Below, in pieces: positions 21,133 through 30,573 of a DNA stretch of 64,000 nucleotides. Both the position numbers and the translations under genes were made by a program. Each line of letters starts with the position of its first letter. The stretch's first letter is position 1. Origin of the DNA: Candidatus Omnitrophota bacterium (GTDB lineage: Bacteria; Omnitrophota; Gorgyraeia; Gygaellales; Profunditerraquicolaceae); NCBI GenBank assembly GCA_028716245.1, contig JAQUQW010000001.1:296793-360792 (forward strand), given 5' to 3'. Under the pieces are notes generated by a model that saw only the letters and a list, made by a program, of their open reading frames with translations, made no database searches and was not told the DNA's origin.

Positions 21133-21160
21133 TTGACATAAATTTCAAGTTGTATATAAT
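21133..21160 (+). promoter_or_regulatory. strong sigma-70-like promoter for the 909-aa outer-membrane protein gene
   Basis: TTGACA at 21133-21138, a 16-nt spacer, then TATAAT at 21155-21160. The ATG at 21170 is only about 10 nt downstream and has no Shine-Dalgarno sequence. Confidence 0.45.
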
Positions 21161-21169
21161 AATAGCAAT

Positions 21170-23899
21170 ATGAAAAAGCTATTATTCAAATACAGTGGCA
21201 GAGCGCTAGCAAGTTTGGCGCTTTTATCTTTATCGGCTGGTTTGGTTTTTGCCCAAAGCCAGGCGGCAGATTATCTTTGTGAATTGGGTAAAACTTTCTA
21301 TTCTTTAGGCAAGGTTGACGATGCCCTTTCCGAATTTCATAAGGCCCTTCTGGCGGATCCTGCCAATGAAACTGCCAAATTGTATATTAATAAAATTTTT
21401 AATCAAAACTTGAATTCTTCTTCTGAAAATATGGCCCCCGTAAGCGCTCCTGTCTTAGAAGCTAACAATTCAACTGAACCCAAAAAATATATGAGTAAAG
21501 AACAGGCTATGGATGAGGCGATGCTTAAGATGGAACCCAATACTGCCTCAAAAAAAGAGAGCAAAGGAATAAAGGCCGGGCCGCTTACCATAAGCGGACA
21601 GATGCAATTAAGCTTTGGCGTAACTGCCGATGATTTTATCTGGAAAAGGGCTAATTTTGATTTAAATGAAAAATCGAAAAGCTGGCGGATGAGTTCAGAG
21701 GCGGGTTTTAATAACCGGTTCAATACTTTTGATCCCCGGATCTACGATGGCTTAGCTGTTAATTTAGATACGGAAAATAAAGAAGGCTTCAATCTTCATT
21801 CCAATCTTACGGTTGACCCCTGGAGTTTTACCGGTAAGAGCAGTAAAACTACCATTACCAACGGTGGAGACCCCGCCGAAGTAGAATTATTATATTGGTC
21901 AAACACCGGGCTTGTGGTAAATCACACTGTTTACGGGGCGCTGAAAGGAACCACTCTTAATATTCCGGAGCTAAAGGTTGTTGATGAAAAAACTACCGCG
22001 ACCACGATTAATGGCTTTAATATCCCGAGCATGAAGATCCAGCGCCAGTTTCAGCCGGTGCGTGAATTATGGATGGATTACGCAAATGACCAGATAAAAT
22101 TCCGCGCTTTCCCCATGGGCCTGCAGGATCAGGCTTACAGTTCCGATGATCCTATGGGAATCAGCAATCACCATATCTGGTGGAAGGATAGCAGCTGGCT
22201 GCGTAGTTATACCCCCGGAGCGGCCCATTCCGGAAACACTCCCGTTGATTTTACCAAAGGCATTTGGGATGATTCCCTTTCATTTCTGACCAAAGATTCT
22301 ACCGGCAAATACCTTACGGCTTTAAGGGGCTTTTCTTTTAGCTTTTTACCGGATGAAAAATCTTCATTCGATACAACCTTTGCCACTCCTAAGCATCTCT
22401 GGCAGGATTACGGACAAGCGGATAACGTGATTAATGCCAGCCGTCTTAAACATTATTTCACTGATAATTTTATGGCTGGGGCAACCTTTACCAGCCGCAC
22501 GGGCTTTATCACTGAACCTAACCAGAAGCTAGACAGCCAGAATTATGTTGGCGGAGTAGATATTGGTTATGAAATGACCGAAGGATTAAAAGCACAGGCT
22601 GAAGTTTTATCCTCCCAATCTTTTTATGATATGAGTAATTCCGTTTTTAAGACACAGGCCCGCGGCAACGCCTATTATTTTTCATTTATCAGCCGTTACC
22701 CCCAGAAAAGTTTAATGGATTTAAAATACGGTTACGATGAGATAGCTTTGGATAAAGATGAAGATTACCTGCTGAAATCCAAATTTTACTTAAGCAGGAT
22801 GGACCGCGGATTTGATTCTTCTCTTTCCAGTTACCATGAAACCCGCCAGGATACCTTTTGGTCAAGGCATATTCATTTTCGTAAACCAATGGATTATTAT
22901 TCCGCAGGATTATACGATTCTACTACTAATTGGGGGGAGCTTAATTCAACACGGATTGGTGATGGCATTGATGCCGGCAGAAATACCATTGGTTTTCGCG
23001 TTGAATCATCCCTGAAAGATAAAGTCTATAACCTTTTCGACGTACGCAATGTCCATAATGTTAACGGTAAATTTATCGAGAATGTGGTGCGCGATGAAGC
23101 AACGGTAGGAGTTACGGATAAATTAAGCGCCAAAATTCTGGGTATTTACCAGAAACTTCCGCGTACCCTTGGCGGGACCGATCCGTTTATCTATGACGGC
23201 AATACCGGTAATTTTTTTCTCAATGCCGCTGTCCCCGATGGGAATAACCCGTCGATTATCACCGGATCCTTTGGCCTTAATTATGATTTCTTTGATTGGT
23301 TAAGTTTAAACGGTATTTACGAACGCACCAATGATTATTATCTGGCTTATGATGGTTTTCCGGCCAATACTTTACGCGACGATACCAATTTATTCGGTAG
23401 ATTTCATCAAAATGATAACCTTTACTCATTTAAACAGCCGTTTCTTTATAGCCAAGGCGGGTTTCCTCAAGCCCCATACGAATATTATAATGTTTTTAAG
23501 ACCGGCCTAAGAATAATGCCGATTAATAACCTGGAGCTTTACCTTGATTATACGCGTAATCAATTCGAGAGTGCCGCCCAAAACTCGGATGGGATGAACC
23601 ATGTTGGCATTGAAATGACTTATATGCCAACTAAGAAGTTCGGAATGGCTTTAAAATATACTTACTCCCGGTGGCAGGATACTGACCGGCTGGTTGCCGG
23701 CAACACTAACCCGCTTGGCCACCATAATTTCTTCGGTGAATTTAGATATCTGCCTTCCAGGGATGATGAATTTATCCTGCAATACGGAGAGGGCAATACC
23801 AGTAATTTAGGTAACTTTTCCCTTGATCCTTACGGAGGCACCTCCCTCACCATTGATACTGCGCATATCTTGCGCGCCTATTACCGCAGAAAGTTTTAA
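21170..23899 (+). CDS. large secreted outer-membrane beta-barrel candidate (909 aa) with N-terminal TPR-like helix pair
   Basis: Signal peptide (MKKLLFKYSGRALASLALLSLSAGLVFAQS), a beta-rich body with alternating hydrophobic residues, and a C-terminal YYRRKF ending in Phe (OMP targeting signature). Confidence 0.6.
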   Translation: MKKLLFKYSGRALASLALLSLSAGLVFAQSQAADYLCELGKTFYSLGKVDDALSEFHKALLADPANETAKLYINKIFNQNLNSSSENMAPVSAPVLEANNSTEPKKYMSKEQAMDEAMLKMEPNTASKKESKGIKAGPLTISGQMQLSFGVTADDFIWKRANFDLNEKSKSWRMSSEAGFNNRFNTFDPRIYDGLAVNLDTENKEGFNLHSNLTVDPWSFTGKSSKTTITNGGDPAEVELLYWSNTGLVVNHTVYGALKGTTLNIPELKVVDEKTTATTINGFNIPSMKIQRQFQPVRELWMDYANDQIKFRAFPMGLQDQAYSSDDPMGISNHHIWWKDSSWLRSYTPGAAHSGNTPVDFTKGIWDDSLSFLTKDSTGKYLTALRGFSFSFLPDEKSSFDTTFATPKHLWQDYGQADNVINASRLKHYFTDNFMAGATFTSRTGFITEPNQKLDSQNYVGGVDIGYEMTEGLKAQAEVLSSQSFYDMSNSVFKTQARGNAYYFSFISRYPQKSLMDLKYGYDEIALDKDEDYLLKSKFYLSRMDRGFDSSLSSYHETRQDTFWSRHIHFRKPMDYYSAGLYDSTTNWGELNSTRIGDGIDAGRNTIGFRVESSLKDKVYNLFDVRNVHNVNGKFIENVVRDEATVGVTDKLSAKILGIYQKLPRTLGGTDPFIYDGNTGNFFLNAAVPDGNNPSIITGSFGLNYDFFDWLSLNGIYERTNDYYLAYDGFPANTLRDDTNLFGRFHQNDNLYSFKQPFLYSQGGFPQAPYEYYNVFKTGLRIMPINNLELYLDYTRNQFESAAQNSDGMNHVGIEMTYMPTKKFGMALKYTYSRWQDTDRLVAGNTNPLGHHNFFGEFRYLPSRDDEFILQYGEGNTSNLGNFSLDPYGGTSLTIDTAHILRAYYRRKF

Positions 23900-23901
23900 A
23901 A

Positions 23902-23966
23902 CTAGGGAGCGCTTCTATTTTTCTTTCAGAACTATGTAACAAAAAAAATAGAAACGGTCCCTAGTT
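23902..23966. terminator. bidirectional intrinsic terminator hairpin between convergent genes
   Basis: CTAGGGAGCGCTTCTATTTTT at 23902-23922 is complementary, with 2 mismatches, to AAAAATAGAAACGGTCCCTAG at 23944-23964. It has T-runs on both sides. Confidence 0.6.
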
Positions 23967-23967
23967 T

Positions 23968-26900
23968 TTATTCAAGATAAATATCGATTTGCTTAATTTG
24001 GCGTGATCTTACTTTTTGGGCATAAAGCGGGCCAAGCGTTGCGGATTTTATTTCTATAGGGTGATCGTTTTCAAAAATGATTATTTTGGAAATTTTTGCC
24101 GCGTTTTTTCCAAAAGTATTTTTTCTTTTCGGATTATGGTAAGTTACCCGGATTTGGCTTAAGAAATTAAAAGCATATTTTCCATTCCTATCGAATAACC
24201 AGCCGGCCAGGTTTGGTTTAAATGTTAAATTAAGCTCTCCGTTATTATCTAAAGAAAATGGGCAGGCCCCGGCATTCATGATCAACCAGATATTCAGGAA
24301 TTCCGCGGTTGAGCCGGAGAGCCTGGCGACAAATCCGTTTCCGTGCAATTTTTTATCGGCAAACACGCTGCTTACCAGAAAAGAGGAATTTTCAAGTATG
24401 CTGCGCCCGTATCTTTGCGGGTCCTGGAAAGGGATGAGCACGTTTTTAAATTCCGCGTAAAATTCATCAATCAACCCGCCTTTAAGCAGCTCCAGGATAT
24501 ATTTATACTCCATATGCAGCCAGATGGATTCATTTTCCAGCCAACCGGGAGTGAATACCCGACATCTGCCGATTTCTTCCGGCATAGAACCAAGGTTGGA
24601 AGTCACTTTATACATTCTAAGTTTTTTATCAAAAAGCGCGCTTTTCTTGGTTGATTTATGCAAAGACAAGAGATGTTTTTTGTCTTCGGTAAGCCTTAAG
24701 GCATGCATTTGGCCTTCAAGAAAGAGAGGGACTGTTTTTTGGGTAAATTTTTTCGGTTTTATACGGTGATCATCAATCAAATCATATTCGGTAATCTCAT
24801 TAATAAAATATGAATTATAAATCCCTTGCCTGCTGTTAAAAGCTTTGCTTAATCCCAACTCAACTTTCTTTAATGCCGCGTCCACAAAACTAATAAGCTT
24901 GGCAACGGCCAAATTTACCGAAATCCCGGAAAAACCAAGGCGTATATTAGAACGGTATGTTTCTTTTAGCGCATTGCTCTTATCCCAATAAGTAAAATCA
25001 TCCTCAGAGAACAAGAGAGAGAGCCCCTCGATAAAATTAGAGATTTCATCGGCAAGTTCAATTTCATTAATCTTTGAATTTTCTAACGCCCCTTTGATCA
25101 TCTTAAGCAGGCGTTTTAGTTCAAAGGTTTCACAACTGGAGGAACCCAAAAGCGCCGGCAGCCCGTTAAGAGAATCAAACCAGTTAGGTTTATTGGCTTC
25201 CATCTCGATACCGGTACCAAAAGGGTCAAGGGAGGCCAATTTATTCGCCGCCAGGCACAGAAGTTTAGCGATAAGGGTAGTGTAATAGATTTGGCCGCTG
25301 CCGGACTGTGCCCTTAAAAGATGCGGATTATCCAAACGTTTGCGCAGTATTTCTTTTTTGGTGGCATCAAGCACAAGGGAGTGCAATTGGCGCGGCAGGC
25401 CGTTATAAAGGACGTATCTTTCGCTGCGCGGCCTGACTAATTCGGCGTTATCATAGAAGGAAAAAACTTTTCGGTGAAAGAATAATTCATTAAATCTTTC
25501 AGGGTAAATCCCCAGGTAACTGTCGATTAAGTCCAGGTTATAGGTCCAGTGGTCAGTCCAAAAGCCTTCAGCATGCTCAGCTTCCTGTGATTTTAGCGCG
25601 GAAGAGAGTATCAGATTTAGAAAATCATCATAAGAACATTTAAGTTTTATTTTATTATCTTCAATAAAGATAATTAACTCACCTGGGGTGAAGGTTTTTT
25701 TAAAAAAGGCGCTAAGTTTATCGATATCATTTTTTTCAGCCACGGCTGCCAGCAGCCTGTAAAGATCCAGGTTGTCTTTGAGCAGGAAACTTTCGCCTTT
25801 TACGATCAGGGGATTAAAACCGTCAGCCTGGATTAGATTCATGAAGAAGACAATATTTTCATCGTTTATCTCAGGATTAAACCAGGGATCATTGCGCCGG
25901 TTTTGGTTTGTATCGCGGTAATTACCGTTGCCTTGGGAAAAATAAGTCGGCTGGAGCACAAACTTATTGTAATCCCTTTCCAGGTCACCGTGTTTACGTG
26001 AATAAAGATAAAAAACCACCCCGGATTTAAAAACTTCCGGGTAGCCGCCGCGCATAATGTTATCCAGGTAAGTCTGTCCGGCGTATAAATCAAAAGCTTT
26101 AGAGCTGCTTTGAGTTAAAATATCATCTTTTAATTCCCGGATTAGTTTGGAACTTTCCTTCATTTTGGTTTCTATGTAACCGAATTTCATAATTTTTCCA
26201 ACCGAACTATTTAAAGTTTTGGTGTCGCGGACCTGGCCGATTACCGAATAAAATGTTTTTTGCTCTTTGGCCCCCAGCTCAAGGCTCATTAAAAGCAAAG
26301 CGCTGGGAGTTTTACTTTTGGTCATTTGCTGGGCAGGATATTGAAATTTATGCTTGGCCAGGAATTGGGCAGGGTAAGAGAAATCGGTTACTGCCCCAAA
26401 AACAGCTTCAGGGTCGACTATTGGCCGGATAAGTTGGGATTTGGTACCATTAAAATGAAAACCCATATAAAAATTCCCGTGCTCAATATGCACTACCTCC
26501 GGCCGGTCCGAAGGGTCAACTGCTAATTTATAAAAAGGGACATCATTATTCAGGTTATCGGTATTCATCCAGGCTTCGATAGTGCGGCCGAGTTTCTTCA
26601 GGAAAAAATTGTTCGTGCCAAAAGGGACAATCTGCGGCAGACCGTCAATAATCTCCATGGACCTGGGTTTAGGCGACGTATTTTCAATAGAAACGGTCCG
26701 GCTTAAGCCGGCGTAGGTATCATTAGGAATATTAAAATATTCTACGCGTGTTTTTATCCCTAATGTCCGGTTTTCTTCTTCCAAAATGAGTTTATCCGAA
26801 TCTATACGCATAGAGTTGGTTATCTGGTACTTTAAATTCAGGCAGCCGTTGTGAAACGGCTCGTAATAGAGAAGTTTTTTTGCGGATTTAATTTTAATGA

Positions 26901-27168
26901 AGGTGCGGAATCCTTGGGCAGAAACAAACTGCCAGGATTTATTCGCCGGAAAGAATTCTAAAATCGACTGGTCTTTATCCTTGGTGCCGAAGCTGCTGAT
27001 ACACTGGCCGCGGTTAACGTAGAAGACCCACATGGGGATCCCGTATTTTCCGGCAATCCCCGGAAAAAAGTTAGCGAAAGGTTTGGCGTAATTGTAATTT
27101 TGGATAACAAATTCGCCCTGTTTATTTAAATAATACTTTACTTTTGCTTGCTTAGATTTTATTTCCAT
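23968..27168 (-). CDS. GH94-like glycoside phosphorylase family protein (1066 aa; cellobiose / beta-1,2-glucan phosphorylase-like six-hairpin fold)
   Basis: N-terminal GH94-like beta-sandwich (FVIQNYNYAKPFANFFPGIAGKYGIPMWVFYVNRGQ), an NWFDSLNGL segment resembling the GH94 GDWNDGLN motif, and a size similar to long GH94 enzymes. Confidence 0.5.
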   Translation of the reverse strand: MEIKSKQAKVKYYLNKQGEFVIQNYNYAKPFANFFPGIAGKYGIPMWVFYVNRGQCISSFGTKDKDQSILEFFPANKSWQFVSAQGFRTFIKIKSAKKLLYYEPFHNGCLNLKYQITNSMRIDSDKLILEEENRTLGIKTRVEYFNIPNDTYAGLSRTVSIENTSPKPRSMEIIDGLPQIVPFGTNNFFLKKLGRTIEAWMNTDNLNNDVPFYKLAVDPSDRPEVVHIEHGNFYMGFHFNGTKSQLIRPIVDPEAVFGAVTDFSYPAQFLAKHKFQYPAQQMTKSKTPSALLLMSLELGAKEQKTFYSVIGQVRDTKTLNSSVGKIMKFGYIETKMKESSKLIRELKDDILTQSSSKAFDLYAGQTYLDNIMRGGYPEVFKSGVVFYLYSRKHGDLERDYNKFVLQPTYFSQGNGNYRDTNQNRRNDPWFNPEINDENIVFFMNLIQADGFNPLIVKGESFLLKDNLDLYRLLAAVAEKNDIDKLSAFFKKTFTPGELIIFIEDNKIKLKCSYDDFLNLILSSALKSQEAEHAEGFWTDHWTYNLDLIDSYLGIYPERFNELFFHRKVFSFYDNAELVRPRSERYVLYNGLPRQLHSLVLDATKKEILRKRLDNPHLLRAQSGSGQIYYTTLIAKLLCLAANKLASLDPFGTGIEMEANKPNWFDSLNGLPALLGSSSCETFELKRLLKMIKGALENSKINEIELADEISNFIEGLSLLFSEDDFTYWDKSNALKETYRSNIRLGFSGISVNLAVAKLISFVDAALKKVELGLSKAFNSRQGIYNSYFINEITEYDLIDDHRIKPKKFTQKTVPLFLEGQMHALRLTEDKKHLLSLHKSTKKSALFDKKLRMYKVTSNLGSMPEEIGRCRVFTPGWLENESIWLHMEYKYILELLKGGLIDEFYAEFKNVLIPFQDPQRYGRSILENSSFLVSSVFADKKLHGNGFVARLSGSTAEFLNIWLIMNAGACPFSLDNNGELNLTFKPNLAGWLFDRNGKYAFNFLSQIRVTYHNPKRKNTFGKNAAKISKIIIFENDHPIEIKSATLGPLYAQKVRSRQIKQIDIYLE

Positions 27169-27234
27169 TTTGGTTTAAGTTAATTAGTAGTATTTTACAC
27201 ATTTTAATGGATTTGTCAATCTCAAGATGTTAAT

Positions 27235-27272
27235 ACGACCCTATTTCCCGATTGGTTAGGAAATAGGGTCGT
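27235..27272. repeat. palindromic element (14-bp arms) in a divergent intergenic region
   Basis: ACGACCCTATTTCC ... GGAAATAGGGTCGT. It shares the AAATAGGG/CCCTATTT core with palindromes at 23902, 43681 and 44716. Confidence 0.4.
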
Positions 27273-27330
27273 TTGATGGAATCCAGGATGTTGACTTTTA
27301 ATAAAAGGGTGTTAGAATATTAAGAAATAA

Positions 27331-27420
27331 CACCCCGCGCTACCTGGCGTTTAATTGAATTGCGCCAGTATCCGCCTCGTGGCGGATTATAATGCGGGTG
27401 TGCCCTTGTGGGCAAGGAGG
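27331..27420 (+). promoter_or_regulatory. structured leader element copy A (ACCCCGCGC ... GCGGGTG family) immediately upstream of gatC
   Basis: CACCCCGCGC pairs with GCGGGTG, enclosing hairpins CTGGCG/CGCCAG and TCCGCC/GGCGGA. A terminal hairpin GTGCCC-TTGT-GGGCA abuts the SD AAGGAGG. It is homologous to the elements at 33631, 50851 and 61881. Confidence 0.4.
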
Positions 27421-27425
27421 TTCTG

Positions 27426-27713
27426 ATGCCAATAGATCAAGAAACGGTTAAACATATCGCGCATTTATCGCGTATCGAATTGCAGCCTAATGAGTTAGAA
27501 AAATTATCCGGACAGTTGGATGGCATACTGGGTTTCATCGATAAAATAAGTAATTTGAATATAGACAGGGTTAACCCTACAAGCCATATCTTACCAATCA
27601 GCAATGTGTTGCGGGAGGATACGCCCCGCGCTTCTTTATCCCCGGAAAAAGCTCTGGAAAATGCACCGAGCAAAAAAGGGAGCTTCTTTAGTGTCCCAAA
27701 GATAATCGAATAA
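27426..27713 (+). CDS. gatC: Asp-tRNA(Asn)/Glu-tRNA(Gln) amidotransferase subunit C
   Basis: [39 protein letters not shown] at 27426 with an AAGGAGG RBS. The ORF-track start at 27408 was trimmed. Confidence 0.85.
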   Translation: MPIDQETVKHIAHLSRIELQPNELEKLSGQLDGILGFIDKISNLNIDRVNPTSHILPISNVLREDTPRASLSPEKALENAPSKKGSFFSVPKIIE

Positions 27714-27715
27714 TC

Positions 27716-29143
27716 ATGGAATTAAATCAGCTGACTGCCCACGAATTATTGGATAAACTCGCAAGTAAAAAGGCTACCCCGGAAGCCCTTTATGATTCTC
27801 TTTATGGCCGCATTCAAAAGACTGAAAGCCTGGTTAAGGCCTACGTCAGGGCCGAAGTTGACAGGCAGACAATTTTTAGCTCACCGGGTGCACTCAAGGG
27901 TTTGCCGATTACCATTAAGGATAATATCTGCACCGAGGGGCTAAAAACCGAATGTTGCTCAAAAATCCTCAAAGATTTTCGTCCGCCATATGATGCCACG
28001 GTTATTGCCAAATTAAAAAAATCCGGGGCCGGGATCTTTCCTCTAAAAGCGAATATGGATGAATTCGCTTTTGGTTCATCAACGGAAAATTCATTTTTCG
28101 GGCCCACGGCCAATCCCTGGAATTTAGCATCTGTGCCCGGAGGTTCTTCCGGAGGTTCAGCGGCTGCCGTGGCCAGCGATGAAGCGATCTGGGCTTTAGG
28201 CTCGGATACGGGCGGATCAATCCGCCAGCCGGCATCTTTCTGCGGTGTGGTAGGGTTAAAACCTACTTATGGCCGCGTTTCACGTTTCGGGTTAATCGCT
28301 TTTGCTTCCAGCCTTGATCAAATCGGGCCGATTACTAAAGATGTGGAAGACGCGGCAATCCTGACTAAAATTATTTCCGGTTACGATCCTAATGATTCAA
28401 CATCGGTTAATCTGGATGTTCCGGATTACACGCAAAGCCTGACTAATGATATTAAGGGTTTAAAGATCGGCATACCCAAAGAGTATTTTGTTGAAGGCAT
28501 AGACCAGGAGGTTAAAGCCGTTATCGAAGAAGCTATTAATAAACTTAAAAGCTTGGGCGCTGTTTCCAGGCCGGTTTCATTGCCGCACACAGAGTACGCG
28601 GTGCCGGTTTATTATATTGTTGCTACTGCCGAAGCCAGCTCAAACCTGGCAAGGTTTGACGGTGTCCAATACGGATACCGGGCAAAGTCGGATAATTTAA
28701 TCCAGATGTATAAGTTAACCCGCGCCCAGGGTTTTGGAGATGAGGCCAAGCGCAGGATACTTTTAGGTACATTTGTCTTGTCGCATGGATATTATGACGC
28801 CTATTATTTACGGGCTTTAAAAGTGCGGACATTGATCAAGCAGGATTTTGACCGGGCCTTTAGCGATTTCGACTGTATCGTTGCTCCGGTATCTCCGACT
28901 GCGGCTTTTAAAATCGGCGAAAGAACAGAGGATCCCCTAAAAATGTATCTTTCTGATATCTATACCATATCAGTAAACCTGGCCGGAATTCCGGCAATAT
29001 CTGTTCCCTGCGGGTTTACCAAAAAAGGCTTACCCGTAGGCCTGCAGATTATGGCCAAGCCATTTGATGAAGAGATGCTTTTCAGGGTAGCACATGCTTT
29101 TGAACAGAACACGCAATGGCATAAACTTAAACCAAAATTATGA
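27716..29143 (+). CDS. gatA: Glu-tRNA(Gln) amidotransferase subunit A (amidase signature)
   Basis: Amidase signature [12 protein letters not shown]...[12 protein letters not shown]; gatCAB order. Confidence 0.9.
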   Translation: MELNQLTAHELLDKLASKKATPEALYDSLYGRIQKTESLVKAYVRAEVDRQTIFSSPGALKGLPITIKDNICTEGLKTECCSKILKDFRPPYDATVIAKLKKSGAGIFPLKANMDEFAFGSSTENSFFGPTANPWNLASVPGGSSGGSAAAVASDEAIWALGSDTGGSIRQPASFCGVVGLKPTYGRVSRFGLIAFASSLDQIGPITKDVEDAAILTKIISGYDPNDSTSVNLDVPDYTQSLTNDIKGLKIGIPKEYFVEGIDQEVKAVIEEAINKLKSLGAVSRPVSLPHTEYAVPVYYIVATAEASSNLARFDGVQYGYRAKSDNLIQMYKLTRAQGFGDEAKRRILLGTFVLSHGYYDAYYLRALKVRTLIKQDFDRAFSDFDCIVAPVSPTAAFKIGERTEDPLKMYLSDIYTISVNLAGIPAISVPCGFTKKGLPVGLQIMAKPFDEEMLFRVAHAFEQNTQWHKLKPKL

Positions 29144-30573
29144 ACTACCAGACAGTCATCGGTTTAGAAGTCCACCTGCAATTAAAAACTAAAACCAAAG
29201 CGTTCTGCGGTTGCGCCATTGATTTTGGAAAAGCCCCTAATTCCGGCACTTGTCCGGTATGCCTGGGATTCCCCGGATCGCTTCCGGTTTATAATAAGGA
29301 GGCGTTAAATTCGGCAATCAAAGTGGCTTTGGCTTTTAATTGCCAGATACAGGAACACACGAAATTTGACCGCAAAAATTATTTTTATCCGGATTTACCG
29401 AAGAACTACCAGATTTCGCAATTCGACTTGCCTTTATCGCGCAACGGCCAGCTGATTATTTTCGACCAGGATCATCAGCCCAAGCGTATCGGCATTACCA
29501 GGATACATTTAGAGGAGGATGCCGGCAAGCTTATCCACGAAGCGGATTCCAGCCTGGTAGATTTTAACCGCACCGGAATCCCCCTGCTTGAAATTGTCAG
29601 TGAACCGGATTTAAACAGCCCCCAGGAAGCTTTTGATTATTTGAGCAGTTTAAAAAGCATCCTTGAATACCTGGATGTATCTGATTGCGATATGGAAAAG
29701 GGCTCTTTGCGCTGCGATGCCAATATATCTTTGCGGCCGCAAGGCGCCAAGGAATTAGGGGTCAAAACGGAATTAAAAAACATGAACTCTTTTAAAGGGG
29801 TTAAGGATGCTTTAACTTTTGAAGTCAAGCGTCAGACGGAATTGCTACAATCAGGGCAAAGTTGGCAGCAGGAAACCCGGCTTTGGGACGCGCAGAAAGG
29901 ACTGACCGTATCTATGCGCAGCAAAGAAGGGGCAAAAGATTACCGGTATTTTCCTGATCCGGACCTGGCAGTTTTTATCATCGATGCGCCGATGATTTCC
30001 CGAATAAAAGCCGGACTGCCGGAATTGCCTCAGGAAAAAATGCGGCGGTTTATGCAGGAGTATGCGTTATCCGAATATGACGCTAAAATTTTAACTTCTT
30101 CCAAGAAATTCGCCGACTACGCAGAAGAGTGCATGAAGATTTTCCCGGATAAAGACAAAAAGCCGATTGCGAATTGGTTGATTGGCCCGTTTACATCTGT
30201 TATATCCAATCTTGCCGATCAAGCCAAACAAGAATACATCCAATCAAAAAATCTTGTCGAATTGGTTGAACTGGTTGAAAAAAAACAAATTATTTCTAAT
30301 CTTACCGGTAAAATTGTTTTAGAAGAGATGTTCGCAACCGGGAACACGGCAAGGGCAATAATAACCGAAAAAAACCTGGCGCAGATTTCAGATACAGGCA
30401 GTCTTGAGATAATTGTGCAGGAAGTCATTAATGAAAACCCTAAGTCGGTGAGTGATTACAGCGCGGGAAAAACAAACGCGCTGATGTTCTTAGTCGGACA
30501 GGTGATGAAAAAGAGTGCCGGTAAGGCTAATCCTAAGGTGGTCACAGATCTGATAAAGAGGAGGCTGTCTTGA
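29140..30573 (+). CDS. gatB: Asp-tRNA(Asn)/Glu-tRNA(Gln) amidotransferase subunit B
   Basis: [15 protein letters not shown], the [12 protein letters not shown] zinc site, and the C-terminal YqeY-like tail. Confidence 0.9.
   Translation: MNYQTVIGLEVHLQLKTKTKAFCGCAIDFGKAPNSGTCPVCLGFPGSLPVYNKEALNSAIKVALAFNCQIQEHTKFDRKNYFYPDLPKNYQISQFDLPLSRNGQLIIFDQDHQPKRIGITRIHLEEDAGKLIHEADSSLVDFNRTGIPLLEIVSEPDLNSPQEAFDYLSSLKSILEYLDVSDCDMEKGSLRCDANISLRPQGAKELGVKTELKNMNSFKGVKDALTFEVKRQTELLQSGQSWQQETRLWDAQKGLTVSMRSKEGAKDYRYFPDPDLAVFIIDAPMISRIKAGLPELPQEKMRRFMQEYALSEYDAKILTSSKKFADYAEECMKIFPDKDKKPIANWLIGPFTSVISNLADQAKQEYIQSKNLVELVELVEKKQIISNLTGKIVLEEMFATGNTARAIITEKNLAQISDTGSLEIIVQEVINENPKSVSDYSAGKTNALMFLVGQVMKKSAGKANPKVVTDLIKRRLS

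Noticed and set aside
27355-27393. TTGAAT ... TATAAT inside leader copy A as a promoter
   Set aside because: The spacing between the hexamers is about 27 nt, incompatible with sigma-70 spacing. The hexamers are more likely coincidental within the structured element.
27331-27420. Possibility that the recurring leader motif is a T-box or Mg2+ (M-box) riboswitch
   Set aside because: No T-box core (AGGGTGGNACCGCG) and no specifier/antiterminator architecture. Far shorter than an M-box and lacking its conserved stretches. Downstream genes are not of one functional class.
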